Below are positions 37,261-47,381 of a stretch of 64,000 bases of DNA, piece by piece. The stretch comes from Bryobacteraceae bacterium (GTDB taxonomy: Bacteria; Acidobacteriota; Terriglobia; Bryobacterales; Bryobacteraceae): positions 973 through 64,972 of the forward strand of contig JANLPT010000361.1 of assembly GCA_031367405.1 (NCBI GenBank), written 5' to 3'. Every line of letters starts with the position of its first letter. Positions within the stretch are counted from its first letter, which is position 1. The notes under the pieces are model-generated. The model was not told where the DNA came from, searched no databases, and saw only the letters and a program-made list of their open reading frames with translations. The position numbers and the translations under genes were made by a program.

Positions 37261-37764
37261 TCGGCACGCCTCTTCCAGATGGAGCGGCCCAGTAAGATTC
37301 CTGTCACCGTTCCCGCAACCAGGGCGTGAAAGGATTTTTGTCCACCAGAGTGGCGCAATCCTTCACGACGTCGCCGCTGGTGGTATCTCGAAGGAATTTC
37401 GCGCCGTCGGTCAGTCCGATGGCCGCCGATAAGCCTGCCCTTCCAGCGCTTCCGCACCGGACCGCAGCCATTCCGTCCTCACAGCAATCGGATTGCCAAA
37501 CGGACCATCGCCCGTAGGCAGACTTCAACCAAATAAAATTAAAGGGCCTTTCCGTGCAGGTGCGCAGAAACCGGCTCGCGCGCGCGGTTTACCTGTTTCA
37601 CCGGCAAAACGGAGCCGGTTTGGCCGCCGTCTGGCAAAAGAAAAATAGGCCAAAAGAAGAGGTTTTCAGGGGTCATGAGGCGGTAATCGATATAATGCCT
37701 CTTCGGGGCCGATTCCTCTTCTTGTATTTCACCAGGAAAACGCCAGCGGAAAGTGAGCTGATGC

Positions 37765-39081
37765 ATGGGTAAAAGTGGTTTCAACGCCTCTCAGCGCGAG
37801 GCGAGTGTACGCCAGAAGGCGGCGGGGTCGCTGGAGCGCTTTGAACGGTCGCGCCGAAGCTTGGCCGGGGGCGTCTCGAGCGGACTACGCCGCGCCGCCC
37901 GTCCTTTTCCTTTGTTCTTTCACCACGGCAGCGGGACGCAGTTGACTGATGTCGATGGCAACGTCTATACCGACTACACTCTGGCTTGGGGACCGTTGAT
38001 TTTGGGCCATGCGCCGGCGGCGGTTAACCAGGCCGTCATTGAGCATCTGGAACGCGGCCACACCTTCGGCGCGCAGCACGACCTGGAGTATGAAGTAGCC
38101 GAGTTAGTGCAGCAGTACGTGCCTTGCGCGGAACGCGTTTGCTTCGCCAATAGCGGCACGGAGATCGTGCAGTTAGCTCTGCGTTTGGCGCGCGCGCACA
38201 CGGGCCGCCACAAGTATTTGAAGTTTGAGGGCCACTATCATGGCTGGGATGATAGCGTGCTGGTGAGTTACCATCCATCGGCCGGGCAGATTGCGGAGTT
38301 TGGCGATCAGCCAGTGCCGGTGGGCGCGGGGCAACGTCCTCATTCGGGAGCGGTGGTGGTGGAGTGGAACGACCGCGCCGCTGTCGAGGCCGCCTTCCGT
38401 CACCATGCCCTATCCGCCGTAATTTGCGAGCCCATTCTCTGTAACAGTGGCTGCATTCCGCCGGACCCCGGCTTCCTTGAGTTTCTGCGGACCATCACCG
38501 GGAAGGCAGGCGCGCTGCTCATATTCGACGAAGTAATTACGGGCTTCCGCCTGGGGCTCGGCGGTGGGCAAGCGCACTTCGGCGTTACACCGGATCTGGC
38601 TACCTTCGCTAAGGCCGCTGGCGGGGGGCTGCCGTTCAGTCTGCTGGCCGGCCAGGCTGCGGTAATGGAGCACATTGCCAATGGCTCCGTGGTGCATGCC
38701 GGCACGTTGAACGGCAATCCGCTGGTGCTGGCCGCGGCTAAAGCAACCATTGAGGCGCTGGCGGCCAACGACGGTGAGGCGTACCGGACCATGTGGGCCT
38801 TGAGCAACCAGTTACGCGAAGGCCTTGATGAGTTACTTACTCAGAAGGGCTATACCGTCGCCGTGAATGGCTTGGGCCCTGTATTCCAGCTGAGCTTTCA
38901 AGCGACAGCTCCCCGGACTTACCGGGAGACATTGCTGGCCGACGCCAATCTCTATAGTGACTTTGCGCTAGCCCTGCTGGACGAAGGCGTCCTGGCATTG
39001 CCGGATGGGCGCTGGTATTTGTCGGCGGCCCATACCGCCGCAGACATTAGCCGCACGTTGGACATCGTCAGGGCGCTGTAA
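37765..39081 (+). CDS. Class-III PLP-dependent aminotransferase (glutamate-1-semialdehyde aminomutase-like)
   Basis: GGVSS..R, DVDGN.YTDY...WGPLILGH, FANSGTE, FDEVITGFR and TFAKAAGGG (Lys) motifs. Confidence 0.9.
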   Translation: MGKSGFNASQREASVRQKAAGSLERFERSRRSLAGGVSSGLRRAARPFPLFFHHGSGTQLTDVDGNVYTDYTLAWGPLILGHAPAAVNQAVIEHLERGHTFGAQHDLEYEVAELVQQYVPCAERVCFANSGTEIVQLALRLARAHTGRHKYLKFEGHYHGWDDSVLVSYHPSAGQIAEFGDQPVPVGAGQRPHSGAVVVEWNDRAAVEAAFRHHALSAVICEPILCNSGCIPPDPGFLEFLRTITGKAGALLIFDEVITGFRLGLGGGQAHFGVTPDLATFAKAAGGGLPFSLLAGQAAVMEHIANGSVVHAGTLNGNPLVLAAAKATIEALAANDGEAYRTMWALSNQLREGLDELLTQKGYTVAVNGLGPVFQLSFQATAPRTYRETLLADANLYSDFALALLDEGVLALPDGRWYLSAAHTAADISRTLDIVRAL

Positions 39082-39086
39082 TATTT

Positions 39087-40547
39087 ATGAAACGCGTTGG
39101 CCTATTGGGGTTTCTGCACGAATCGAATACCTTTCTCCCTGTGGCTACGACTTACGAGCACTTCGCTTCGACGTCATTGACGCGCGGCGAAGGCTTGCGC
39201 CAACGGTGGCAGGGGGCGCACCACGAGTTGGGCGGATTGCTAGCGGGCTGCGATGAAGCCGGGCTCACCGCCGTGCCCGGTATGGCTACCTTCGCCGTGC
39301 CGAGCGGCACTATCACGGCCGAGGCCTATGAGCAGTTAGTTACTGAGTTACTCGCTTCGATTGAACTACCGCTCGATGGCCTATTAATCGCGCTACACGG
39401 AGCCACCGCCAGTGCCGCCTATCCGGACGCGGACGGCGAGATTCTGCGGCGCATTCGTCAACTTACCGGACCCGGCCTGCCGATCATCGTGACGATTGAT
39501 CTGCACGCCAACGTCTCCGCCGAGATGGCGCGTTACAGTACGGCCATCGTCGCTTACCGTTCGAACCCGCACCTGGACCAATTCGAGCGAGGCCGCGAAG
39601 CCGCCTGGTTGATGGCCCGGGTGCTGCAGGGCGAAGTACGGCCGGTGCAAGCGCTCGTGACTCCGCCCATGCTGATTCACATTTCGCGGCAGCACACCAG
39701 CGTCGAACCGGCGCGGGGACTATACGCCGATTTGGAGACCGTACTTACTTGGCCCGGCATTCTAACGGCCAGCGTCACCATGGGCTTCTACTACGCCGAT
39801 GTGCCGGAAATGGGCATGGCATTCTTGGCGGTCGCCGACGGGGACGAGCCGTTAGCCCAGCGGGCGGCGCAGTGGATGGCGCAGCGGGCTTGGGAACGGC
39901 GGGCGGAGTTTGTGGGCCAGTTACTTACTCCGGAAGCCGCTATTCAGTATGCCCGGCAAGCCAGGAACAAGCCGTTCGTGCTGATGGATGTCGGCGACAA
40001 CGTGGGCGCCGGAAGTCCGGGTGACTCGACGATCCTGCTGGCCGAGGTGCTGCGGCAGGGCGCGCGCAATGCAATGGTGATTTTGTATGACCCTGCGTCG
40101 GTGGAGCATTGCGTGGCGGCCGGAGTGTGTCATCCGGTTCGGCTGAGCGTGGGCGGTAAGACTGACTTACTGCATGGCTCACCGGTCGTGATCGAGGGTA
40201 CCGTGCGGACGCTGTCCGATGGGGTCTTTGTCGACCCGCAAATCCGGCACGGCGGCTGGGGCGGGGGCGACCAGGGACTTACGGCTGTCCTCGAAACTCT
40301 TGAAGGCCATACGATTGTTCTGACGAGCCGGCGCATGGCCCCGATGAGTCTGGAACAGGTGATCAGCCTGGGCATTCATCCGGAACGCAAGGATATTCTG
40401 ATCGTGAAAGGCGTTGTGGCACCGCGTGCGGCTTACGAGCCGGTGGCGGGCGAAATATTACTGGTGGATACGCCGGGCGTTACTAGCGATAATCCTGCGG
40501 CATTCACTTACCAGCACCGGCGGCGGCCTTTGTATCCTCTTGAATGA
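39087..40547 (+). CDS. M81-family metallopeptidase (MlrC-like)
   Basis: MKRVGLLGFLHESNTF..., GLLIALHGA and the C-terminal MlrC domain. It starts 5 nt after the aminotransferase. Confidence 0.85.
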   Translation: MKRVGLLGFLHESNTFLPVATTYEHFASTSLTRGEGLRQRWQGAHHELGGLLAGCDEAGLTAVPGMATFAVPSGTITAEAYEQLVTELLASIELPLDGLLIALHGATASAAYPDADGEILRRIRQLTGPGLPIIVTIDLHANVSAEMARYSTAIVAYRSNPHLDQFERGREAAWLMARVLQGEVRPVQALVTPPMLIHISRQHTSVEPARGLYADLETVLTWPGILTASVTMGFYYADVPEMGMAFLAVADGDEPLAQRAAQWMAQRAWERRAEFVGQLLTPEAAIQYARQARNKPFVLMDVGDNVGAGSPGDSTILLAEVLRQGARNAMVILYDPASVEHCVAAGVCHPVRLSVGGKTDLLHGSPVVIEGTVRTLSDGVFVDPQIRHGGWGGGDQGLTAVLETLEGHTIVLTSRRMAPMSLEQVISLGIHPERKDILIVKGVVAPRAAYEPVAGEILLVDTPGVTSDNPAAFTYQHRRRPLYPLE

Positions 40548-40620
40548 CGCCGTGAGCTAGTAAGCTCTTCGGCCGATTCGGCGAAACTTATAAATCACCG
40601 GCCAGTTCCAAAGTTGGCAC

Positions 40621-41712
40621 TTACTCGATCTTTTTCCGCTCCAGCGTCCAGGTAGGATCCTGACAGAGGCCGCAGGCATCGCCGGCAAACATTTTTCTAG
40701 CGGCTTCGTCGCCTTTGAGCCGCCACTTGAGCCAGGCACCCACCGCCTTGGCGAAAGCACCGCCGTTCGGCTGCCGGTAAGTCGCTGGATAGTGACCTAC
40801 GTCCTGATAGGCAAGCGCGACCGGCATATGTTGAATGGCCTCAAAGTTAGCTTTGGCATTGGCGAAGCCCGAGTCCTTCGGACCGCCATTCAGAAATAGG
40901 ATCGGGGCGTGTAACTTGCCCAGAATTTCCACACGGTTTGGTGCGGGCAGTGGAGCGGCGGAATCTGCCGGGACGCGCACCAGCGCGGGTGCCAGCGGAG
41001 CATAGCGGTCCGGCGGCGGCGCAGCAGACCCGGGAGCCCGGAGTTGCTGGCCGGCCAGACCGCCCGGAGGCCGCTGGGTCATGTTCACGCCTTGATTCAA
41101 CACGACCGTGGTAGTGACGCGCGGATCCAGCGAAACATCCACCGCTTGCCCGCCACCGCAGGATTGTCCCATCACGGCCACCTTCGTAATATCAATCTTC
41201 TGGTGGAAGCCGCTGCCTTCGCGGCTATTCTCGCCGATGGCCCAGGTAACTCCGTCCAGTAACTGCGACGATGCCGTGGTGTTCGTCCGTTCTTCCGAGC
41301 CCATTACCACGGAGTTTCCCGCCGGTCCGATCGAGACTACTAGAAACCCCTGGGAAGCGATATCGGAAAGGAAGTTGCGGAACTCGCCCGAAGTATTCCG
41401 GCAGCCGCCGTTGGCGAACGCCACGATGGGCAGCAGATGGCGCTTGCCAAACGGCTGCAAGTTATGCGGGCGGTAAATGGCATGGGTTGGTAAGGAGGGG
41501 TCGCCGGAAAGTATCGCTTTGTAAGGCCCGGTCCCTCCATTTCCGATAGTAACTTCCAGGGTCTCGACTCTCCCACTGCGGGAGTCGACGTCGAAAGCAA
41601 TCGTCCCGGTAAGTTCGGGCGTCTTTTTTCGTTGCGCCACCAGGAATGGTGAGGCAAGCAGCAGGGCGCACAAGGTTGCCCATCGGCGTAATTGGTTCCG
41701 TTTCGTGATCAT
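40621..41712 (-). CDS. Secreted alpha/beta hydrolase (lipase/dienelactone-hydrolase-like)
   Basis: Signal peptide, nucleophile elbow GQSCGG, His near the C-terminus (DVGHY). Confidence 0.75.
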   Translation of the reverse strand: MITKRNQLRRWATLCALLLASPFLVAQRKKTPELTGTIAFDVDSRSGRVETLEVTIGNGGTGPYKAILSGDPSLPTHAIYRPHNLQPFGKRHLLPIVAFANGGCRNTSGEFRNFLSDIASQGFLVVSIGPAGNSVVMGSEERTNTTASSQLLDGVTWAIGENSREGSGFHQKIDITKVAVMGQSCGGGQAVDVSLDPRVTTTVVLNQGVNMTQRPPGGLAGQQLRAPGSAAPPPDRYAPLAPALVRVPADSAAPLPAPNRVEILGKLHAPILFLNGGPKDSGFANAKANFEAIQHMPVALAYQDVGHYPATYRQPNGGAFAKAVGAWLKWRLKGDEAARKMFAGDACGLCQDPTWTLERKKIE

Positions 41713-41719
41713 GTCTCAC

Positions 41720-42155
41720 TATCTTAGTCGTCCCGGCACCAACCAGCTCTGGATCCGCGACCTCGCCACCGAACCAGCCAAAATCCTCGCAGGAGCCGGG
41801 AATGCCGAGGGCCCCTTCTGGGAGGGGCCTGGACGGACGATCCGGAGGGTGGCAGTCTCAAACAGGTCATCGCGCCGGGCCGGGGATCAGCAATTCGTTT
41901 CCCTGCAATTTCTTCTTCGTCGGGAGAACTTCTGGCTATGGCCGGAAAAGGAACCATATCTGCCCAGACCATCGAATGGGCCGATCTAAAGGCCGGTACC
42001 AGCAAAACACTCCTTCCGGGCACCTTTGCGGTTCAAAACCCCGGCCGCCATGGGCTTCAACGATGTCTCGCCCGACGGCAAACGACTCCTCATCACAACG
42101 CCAAACCGTCTTCCATCCGCATCGTGCAAAACTGGACCCGCGCTGTTGAAATAGC
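41720..42155 (+). pseudogene. Decayed fragment of a TolB-like beta-propeller protein (multiple frameshifts and deletions)
   Basis: The pieces are spread over three frames: GTNQLWIRDLATEPAKILAGAGNAEGPFW..GRTI, GSLKQVIAPGRGSAIR, FNDVSPDGKRLLITTPN and IRIVQNWTRAVE. Confidence 0.5.
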
Positions 42156-42306
42156 GGCCGTAACCGTTTCCGCAATTCTGCAAGCGTTCACGCGGCGTCG
42201 CGGCCTTCGATTTTCCATCGAAGTAGCGCCGTTCGCCTTATGGCAACGTAGAGACACTTTAGGGATTGCGCAGGACCGGGAAGGGACACCCGCCTAAGGC
42301 TGACGA

Positions 42307-43692
42307 CTACGCCACAACCTGCGGGATCACTTCGCCATAGACATCCGTGAGCCGCATGTCGCGGCCGCTTTGGCGAAATGTCAGCCTGGTATGGTCAAGG
42401 CCCATCAGGTGCAGGATCGTCGCGTGGAGGTCGTGGACACTGACGGGCTGCTCCTCGGCCTTGTAGCCGAACTCGTCGGTGGAGCCAATGACTTGCCCGC
42501 CGCGAATCTTGGCACCGGCCATCCAGATCGACATAGCGCCTGGATTATGGTCACGCCCCAAGCCGCGTTGCGAGATCGGCATGCGTCCGAATTCGCCTTG
42601 CCAGATCACGAGAGTCGAATCCAGCAGGCCACGGGCTTTCAAGTCGTCCAGCAGTCCGGCGATCGGCGTATCCACCTCGGCGGCGTGCTTCGTATGGTTC
42701 GAGCGAACGTCTTCATGCGCGTCCCAGGTGTCAGTGTTCTGATTGCCCAAGCCGCCGTGATACAACTGCACGAAGCGCACCCCGCGCTCCACCATGCGGC
42801 GGGCCATCAGGCACTGCCGGCCGAAGGGCTCGGTGACCGCCTCGTCCATGCCGTAAAGCTTACGCGTGGCGGGGCTTTCGGCTGAAATGTCCACGGCCTC
42901 GGGCGCGGTGGACTGCATGCGGAAGGCGAGTTCATAGCTCTCAATACGCGCCGCCAGTTCGGTATCCGAAGCATGGTTGGCCGCGTCGAGCGAGTTCAAC
43001 TTGCCCAGCAGCGCCAGCCGCGCGCGCTGTTCTTCAGTGGACACGCCGGCGGCGGGACGGAGGTCGAAGATGGGGTCAGCGGCCGAGCGAAATACCGTGC
43101 CCTGGTAGGCGGCGGGCATGAAGCCGGCCGACCAGTTGGCGGGCCCACCGAAGGGACCTCCGCGATGATCATAGATGACGACGAAGCCGGGCAGATCGCG
43201 CGACTCGGAGCCCAAACCGTAAGTGACCCACGAGCCTAAACTCGGGTGCCCCATGCGGATGACGCCACTCGATAGGCCGTAAGCGGCTTGCACATGGTCG
43301 TTCGATTTAGAGACCACCGAACGAATCAAAGCCAGTTGATCGGCCCGCGCACCGACGCGCGGGAATAACTCTGACACCTCGAGTCCGCTTTGGCCGTGAC
43401 GCTGGAAGGCGAAGGGGCTCGGCATCAGCGGCCCGGGATGGCCTTGCCGTACGACGACGTCGCCTTTGCCGGAGAGCGGTTGCCCCGCGTACTTTTCGAG
43501 CATCGGTTTGCGGTCGAAGGTGTCGACATGCGAGACACCGCCCATCATAAAGAGGGAGATGACGGCTTTCGCGCGCGGGGCGAAGTGCGGCCCCACGGGA
43601 TGGCCGGTTGGATGGTCGGCGGCGAGCAGTTGCGAAAGCGCGAGTCCGCCGATTCCACCACCGGCTTCAAACAGAAGGCGTCGTCGTGTCAT
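42307..43692 (-). CDS. DUF1501 (sulfatase-like) protein with Tat signal
   Basis: MTRRRLLFEAGGGIGGLALSQLLAA, then the DUF1501-type core (MMGGVSHVDTFD..., GLLDSTLVIWQGEFGR). Confidence 0.85.
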   Translation of the reverse strand: MTRRRLLFEAGGGIGGLALSQLLAADHPTGHPVGPHFAPRAKAVISLFMMGGVSHVDTFDRKPMLEKYAGQPLSGKGDVVVRQGHPGPLMPSPFAFQRHGQSGLEVSELFPRVGARADQLALIRSVVSKSNDHVQAAYGLSSGVIRMGHPSLGSWVTYGLGSESRDLPGFVVIYDHRGGPFGGPANWSAGFMPAAYQGTVFRSAADPIFDLRPAAGVSTEEQRARLALLGKLNSLDAANHASDTELAARIESYELAFRMQSTAPEAVDISAESPATRKLYGMDEAVTEPFGRQCLMARRMVERGVRFVQLYHGGLGNQNTDTWDAHEDVRSNHTKHAAEVDTPIAGLLDDLKARGLLDSTLVIWQGEFGRMPISQRGLGRDHNPGAMSIWMAGAKIRGGQVIGSTDEFGYKAEEQPVSVHDLHATILHLMGLDHTRLTFRQSGRDMRLTDVYGEVIPQVVA

Positions 43693-43768
43693 GCCGAAAG
43701 AATCATATCAGCCTCGCAACCTGAGCGCCACCCGGCCAGAAAGCGGCCAGAAAAGCGAGGCGAGAGTC

Positions 43769-45616
43769 TCAGATCGAAAAGTCGCCGTCGATGTAGCAGT
43801 AAATCTCCGTGCCTTTGGTGACCAGGATGCCTTCCGGCACCGTCCCGGGCGAGAGACCTGAGGCGTCGATGGGGCGGCGGGATTGATCGGCCGGGCCGCC
43901 GGCGACGCGGGATCGAATGCGGATCTGCCGGCCGTCGATCGCCCGCACGCTCTCGAGCGAAAACAAGACGCGGGGCCCCCGGCCCAGCAGCTTGCGGCCC
44001 GGAGCAATGGTGAGCGTCGCCATGATCGGAGCACCCGCTGCGATCACCACGTGGCCATTGACACTGACATTTTCCGACACCGATATTTTCAGCGGCGAGG
44101 CGGGGCGCGGGGCGCGAGGCACGTCTTCATCCAGCATGATGCGGATGCGCGTGCCGTCGGCCAGGATGACCGGACTCTTCGCGGCAATCACCGCCGGCGT
44201 CACGAGTTCGATTTTCGCCGGTGCCGCTGGCGCTACGGTGGCGGGCGCAAGCGGGGACGCCGGGCTCTGGCCCGCCGCTGGCTTGACGGCAGCGGCGACG
44301 GGCGTGGCTTGCAAAGGAGAGGCCGGTAACACCGCCTTCGGATCGCGCATGACGGCGACCACCGCCTCAGAGATGCCGTTCTGCCCTAACCGGATCAGCT
44401 CCGGGGTGGACAGGTCAAAGTGCGTTTTGGCACTCCGCAGTTGCGACACAATGAAACGCTCCGGCAGCTTGGCCTTCACCATTTCGATGACACTCTCATT
44501 GGTGAGGACGTCGGGCATGTGGGGCGGCGGTGGCGGCTGGTGAGCAATCACGGCCGTGTCTTCGGGTTCGGGACGGACGGGCGGGGGCGGATGGAGGCGC
44601 GGCCACAGGAATGCGGCGAAGGCGGCGGCCACGACCGCGAAACCACCGAGAGCTAACCAGAGCTGCGACTTCCCCTTGGATGGGGTGACGGCCGCAGCGG
44701 CGGGCGCGGGCGGCAAGACAATCGAAGGCGAACTGGGCGATGACAGAATGCCGCTATCATGGGCGGCTTTGATGCGGGCCATCTCCGCGCGCACCTCATT
44801 CATGTTCTGGTAACGATCGACGGGATTCTTGCGCAGGCAGCGATTCACCAGGGCGACCAAGTCCGCCGGTGTTGACGCCGGCAAGGCGGCCGGTTCGTCT
44901 CGCAGGATCGCCGTCAGCGTGGCGATTTGCGATCCGCCTGCAAATGGCGGTTTGCCGGCGAGCATCTCATAGACTACTCCGCCGTAAGTAAACATGTCGG
45001 ACCGCGCATCGACCTGCTTGCCCTCAGCCTGTTCCGGCGACATGTAGTTGATGGTGCCCAGCAGCGACCCCTCAATCGTCTGCGGACCCAGCGTGCGGGT
45101 AGCGTCGGTGCCCGAGTCGCTGTTCGGATCAGGCTCCGGTGCGACGAGTTTGGCCAAGCCAAAGTCCAGCAGCTTCACCAGACCCTGGCTCGAGATCATG
45201 ACATTGGCGGGCTTCAAGTCGCGATGGACAATGCCTGCCGAATGCGCCGCCGCCAAAGCATCGGCCACTTGCAGAGAATACGAGAGCGTCTCGCGCAGGC
45301 CCAGGCCGCCGGCAGGAATGGCTTGCGTGAGCGTTTTGCCGGCCAGGTACTCCATCACCAGGCAGTCGCCACCGGAATCGGCCAGTAGATCGTGGACGGT
45401 GATGATGTTCGGATGATTGAGGCCCGAAGCGGCTTGTGCCTCCTGCAGAAAGCGGCGCCGGCGGTCAGGGTCGGAGAGCTTTGCCTGGGGCAGGATCTTG
45501 ATGGCCACTTGGCGATTCAAACGAGTATCGCGCGCCGCATAGACTTCGCCCATGCCGCCTTCACCGATCTTCGCGGTGATTTCGTATTGTGCAATCGAAC
45601 GCCCCACCCAATTCAT
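43769..45616 (-). CDS. Ser/Thr protein kinase with TM segment and uncharacterised C-terminal domains
   Basis: GEGGMGEVYAA, VAIK, HRDLKPANVM, DFG and SPEQ, then a TM segment and a Pro-rich linker. The start overlaps the upstream stop (ATGA at 45613-45616). Confidence 0.92.
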   Translation of the reverse strand: MNWVGRSIAQYEITAKIGEGGMGEVYAARDTRLNRQVAIKILPQAKLSDPDRRRRFLQEAQAASGLNHPNIITVHDLLADSGGDCLVMEYLAGKTLTQAIPAGGLGLRETLSYSLQVADALAAAHSAGIVHRDLKPANVMISSQGLVKLLDFGLAKLVAPEPDPNSDSGTDATRTLGPQTIEGSLLGTINYMSPEQAEGKQVDARSDMFTYGGVVYEMLAGKPPFAGGSQIATLTAILRDEPAALPASTPADLVALVNRCLRKNPVDRYQNMNEVRAEMARIKAAHDSGILSSPSSPSIVLPPAPAAAAVTPSKGKSQLWLALGGFAVVAAAFAAFLWPRLHPPPPVRPEPEDTAVIAHQPPPPPHMPDVLTNESVIEMVKAKLPERFIVSQLRSAKTHFDLSTPELIRLGQNGISEAVVAVMRDPKAVLPASPLQATPVAAAVKPAAGQSPASPLAPATVAPAAPAKIELVTPAVIAAKSPVILADGTRIRIMLDEDVPRAPRPASPLKISVSENVSVNGHVVIAAGAPIMATLTIAPGRKLLGRGPRVLFSLESVRAIDGRQIRIRSRVAGGPADQSRRPIDASGLSPGTVPEGILVTKGTEIYCYIDGDFSI

Positions 45617-46911
45617 CCGGCGATATCATTCCTCTTCAAGTCCCACTTCACGACACGTTCTTCGCGCGCCGACATATTCAGCATGTGCGCGCAAGCCGCC
45701 GCCCGATGGCCGACTTGCGCGTTTTCCCAATGGCCCTTTCGGGTGCGAATGCCGCGCAGCCAGTTGGCAAAGTGCAGCTCCGTGGCGTCGGCACCCTCCG
45801 CCTTGTAGCTCTCACTGCCCGGCACCATGCGCGCGGCGCGGGTATCGGGCAGTTCGCTTTGCCGGATCTTCGGATCGTCGTAATAAGCCTTCTCCATGGC
45901 GCGCGGCCAGCTCTCGACAATCCAGCGATTGTCCTCGCCACCGGCTTCAGCCAACACCTGCAAGCCGGTAAAATTCAGCACCAACGTGCCTTCGGTACCC
46001 AGAAACTGAAAGCTGCCCGCGGCGAGCGACTCGTTGTTAAACGTCGAACTGAGGTTGGCGGCAAAGCCCTCAGGATACTCAAGCAAACCGTTGATCGTGT
46101 CGTAGACGTCGCGATTTTCTTTCCAACGATAAAGCTCTCCCATGGCAACGGCTTTTGACGGCCCATCGGACTTCATCACGAATTGAATTGTCGTGCAAAG
46201 ATGCACGAACAGGTCAGTGGCAATGCCGCCCGAATAGTCGTTGAAGCAGCGCCAGCGGAAGAAGCGGTCGTTCGAATAGCCGTGCTTCGGGGCGTTGCCA
46301 AGGAAGCGATCCCAATCGACGGTTTGCGGCGTGGCATCGGGCGGAATCGGGTATAGCCATGCACCGGAAGCGGAGTTGCGATTGTAGGCGGCGCGGATCA
46401 AAGTGACGCGGCCAATCTTGCCACTTTGGACGATTTCGCGCGCCCGTTCCTGCAGCACGCCGCTGCAGCCTTGGCTGCCGACTTGCACGATGCGCCCCGC
46501 CTTCGCGGCCGCTTCGGCGATCTCCTTACCTTCGCTGGAGCGATAGGTGAGTGGCTTCTCACAGTAAATGTCCTTGCCGGCAGCGATGGCGTCGAGGCAC
46601 ATGCGGTGGTGCCAATGGTCGGGCGTGGCGATGACGACGGCATCAATATCGCGGCGGCCCAGAATTTCGCGGTAGTCGCGATATTCCTTAGCGCCCGCGC
46701 CCCAATTCTCTTGCGTCCGGACGACGCGGCCGCGGTAAGCGTCGCTGATGGCCGTGATCGCCACCCCCGGATTCGCCATCAAACCCTGCATCAACTGCTG
46801 CGATCGCGCCCCGCAACCGATGACGCCCACCTGGACGCGGCCGTTGGCCGAAGTTTGAGCCAAGGCGGCGGCGGCCGAGCCAAGAACGAAACTGCGCCTG
46901 GAAAAAGCCAT
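45613..46911 (-). CDS. Gfo/Idh/MocA-family oxidoreductase with Tat signal
   Basis: MAFSRRSFVLGSAAAALAQ, then the Rossmann motif VGVIGCGARS. The alternative upstream ATG at 46932 is less likely. Confidence 0.88.
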   Translation of the reverse strand: MAFSRRSFVLGSAAAALAQTSANGRVQVGVIGCGARSQQLMQGLMANPGVAITAISDAYRGRVVRTQENWGAGAKEYRDYREILGRRDIDAVVIATPDHWHHRMCLDAIAAGKDIYCEKPLTYRSSEGKEIAEAAAKAGRIVQVGSQGCSGVLQERAREIVQSGKIGRVTLIRAAYNRNSASGAWLYPIPPDATPQTVDWDRFLGNAPKHGYSNDRFFRWRCFNDYSGGIATDLFVHLCTTIQFVMKSDGPSKAVAMGELYRWKENRDVYDTINGLLEYPEGFAANLSSTFNNESLAAGSFQFLGTEGTLVLNFTGLQVLAEAGGEDNRWIVESWPRAMEKAYYDDPKIRQSELPDTRAARMVPGSESYKAEGADATELHFANWLRGIRTRKGHWENAQVGHRAAACAHMLNMSAREERVVKWDLKRNDIAG

Positions 46912-46952
46912 CGTCCGATTATATGCTGCCATTTGGGGTTACAATTCTAACC

Positions 46953-47372
46953 ATGCTGAAAACCTTATCCATTCTGCTCCCAGTCGCCGTGTTGATCTTC
47001 GCGGGCGGCTATTTTTCGGGCGTCCATGCCGCCGGACCCGCCCGCGTTTTCGAACTGCGCACCTACACCACCTTCGACGGCAAGCTCGACGCGCTCAATG
47101 CTCGCTTCCGCAACCACACGATCCAGATTTTCGAAAAGCACGGCATGGCCAACATCGGCTACTGGACCCCGATGGACGCCCCCACCAAGAACAATACGCT
47201 GATCTATCTCATCTCGCACGCCAGCCGCGATGCCGCTAAGCAATCCTGGGACGCTTTCCGCAACGATCCGGAATGGAAGAAGGTGGCTGCGGAATCTGAG
47301 AAAGACGGCAAGATCAATCAGAAGGTAGAGAGCGTGTTTCTGGAACCCACTGATTATTCGAAGATCAAGTAA
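46953..47372 (+). CDS. NIPSNAP-family protein with N-terminal signal/anchor
   Basis: VFELRTYTTFDGKLDALNARFRNHTIQIFEKHGM..IGYW is a NIPSNAP signature. Confidence 0.8.
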   Translation: MLKTLSILLPVAVLIFAGGYFSGVHAAGPARVFELRTYTTFDGKLDALNARFRNHTIQIFEKHGMANIGYWTPMDAPTKNNTLIYLISHASRDAAKQSWDAFRNDPEWKKVAAESEKDGKINQKVESVFLEPTDYSKIK

Positions 47373-47381
47373 GTTCCGGCG

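Noticed and set aside
37304-37784. Minus-strand ORFs of 74 aa and 81 aa in the 500-bp gap
   Set aside because: There is no recognisable family, no RBS and unusual composition. The region is left as unannotated and flagged as a finding instead.
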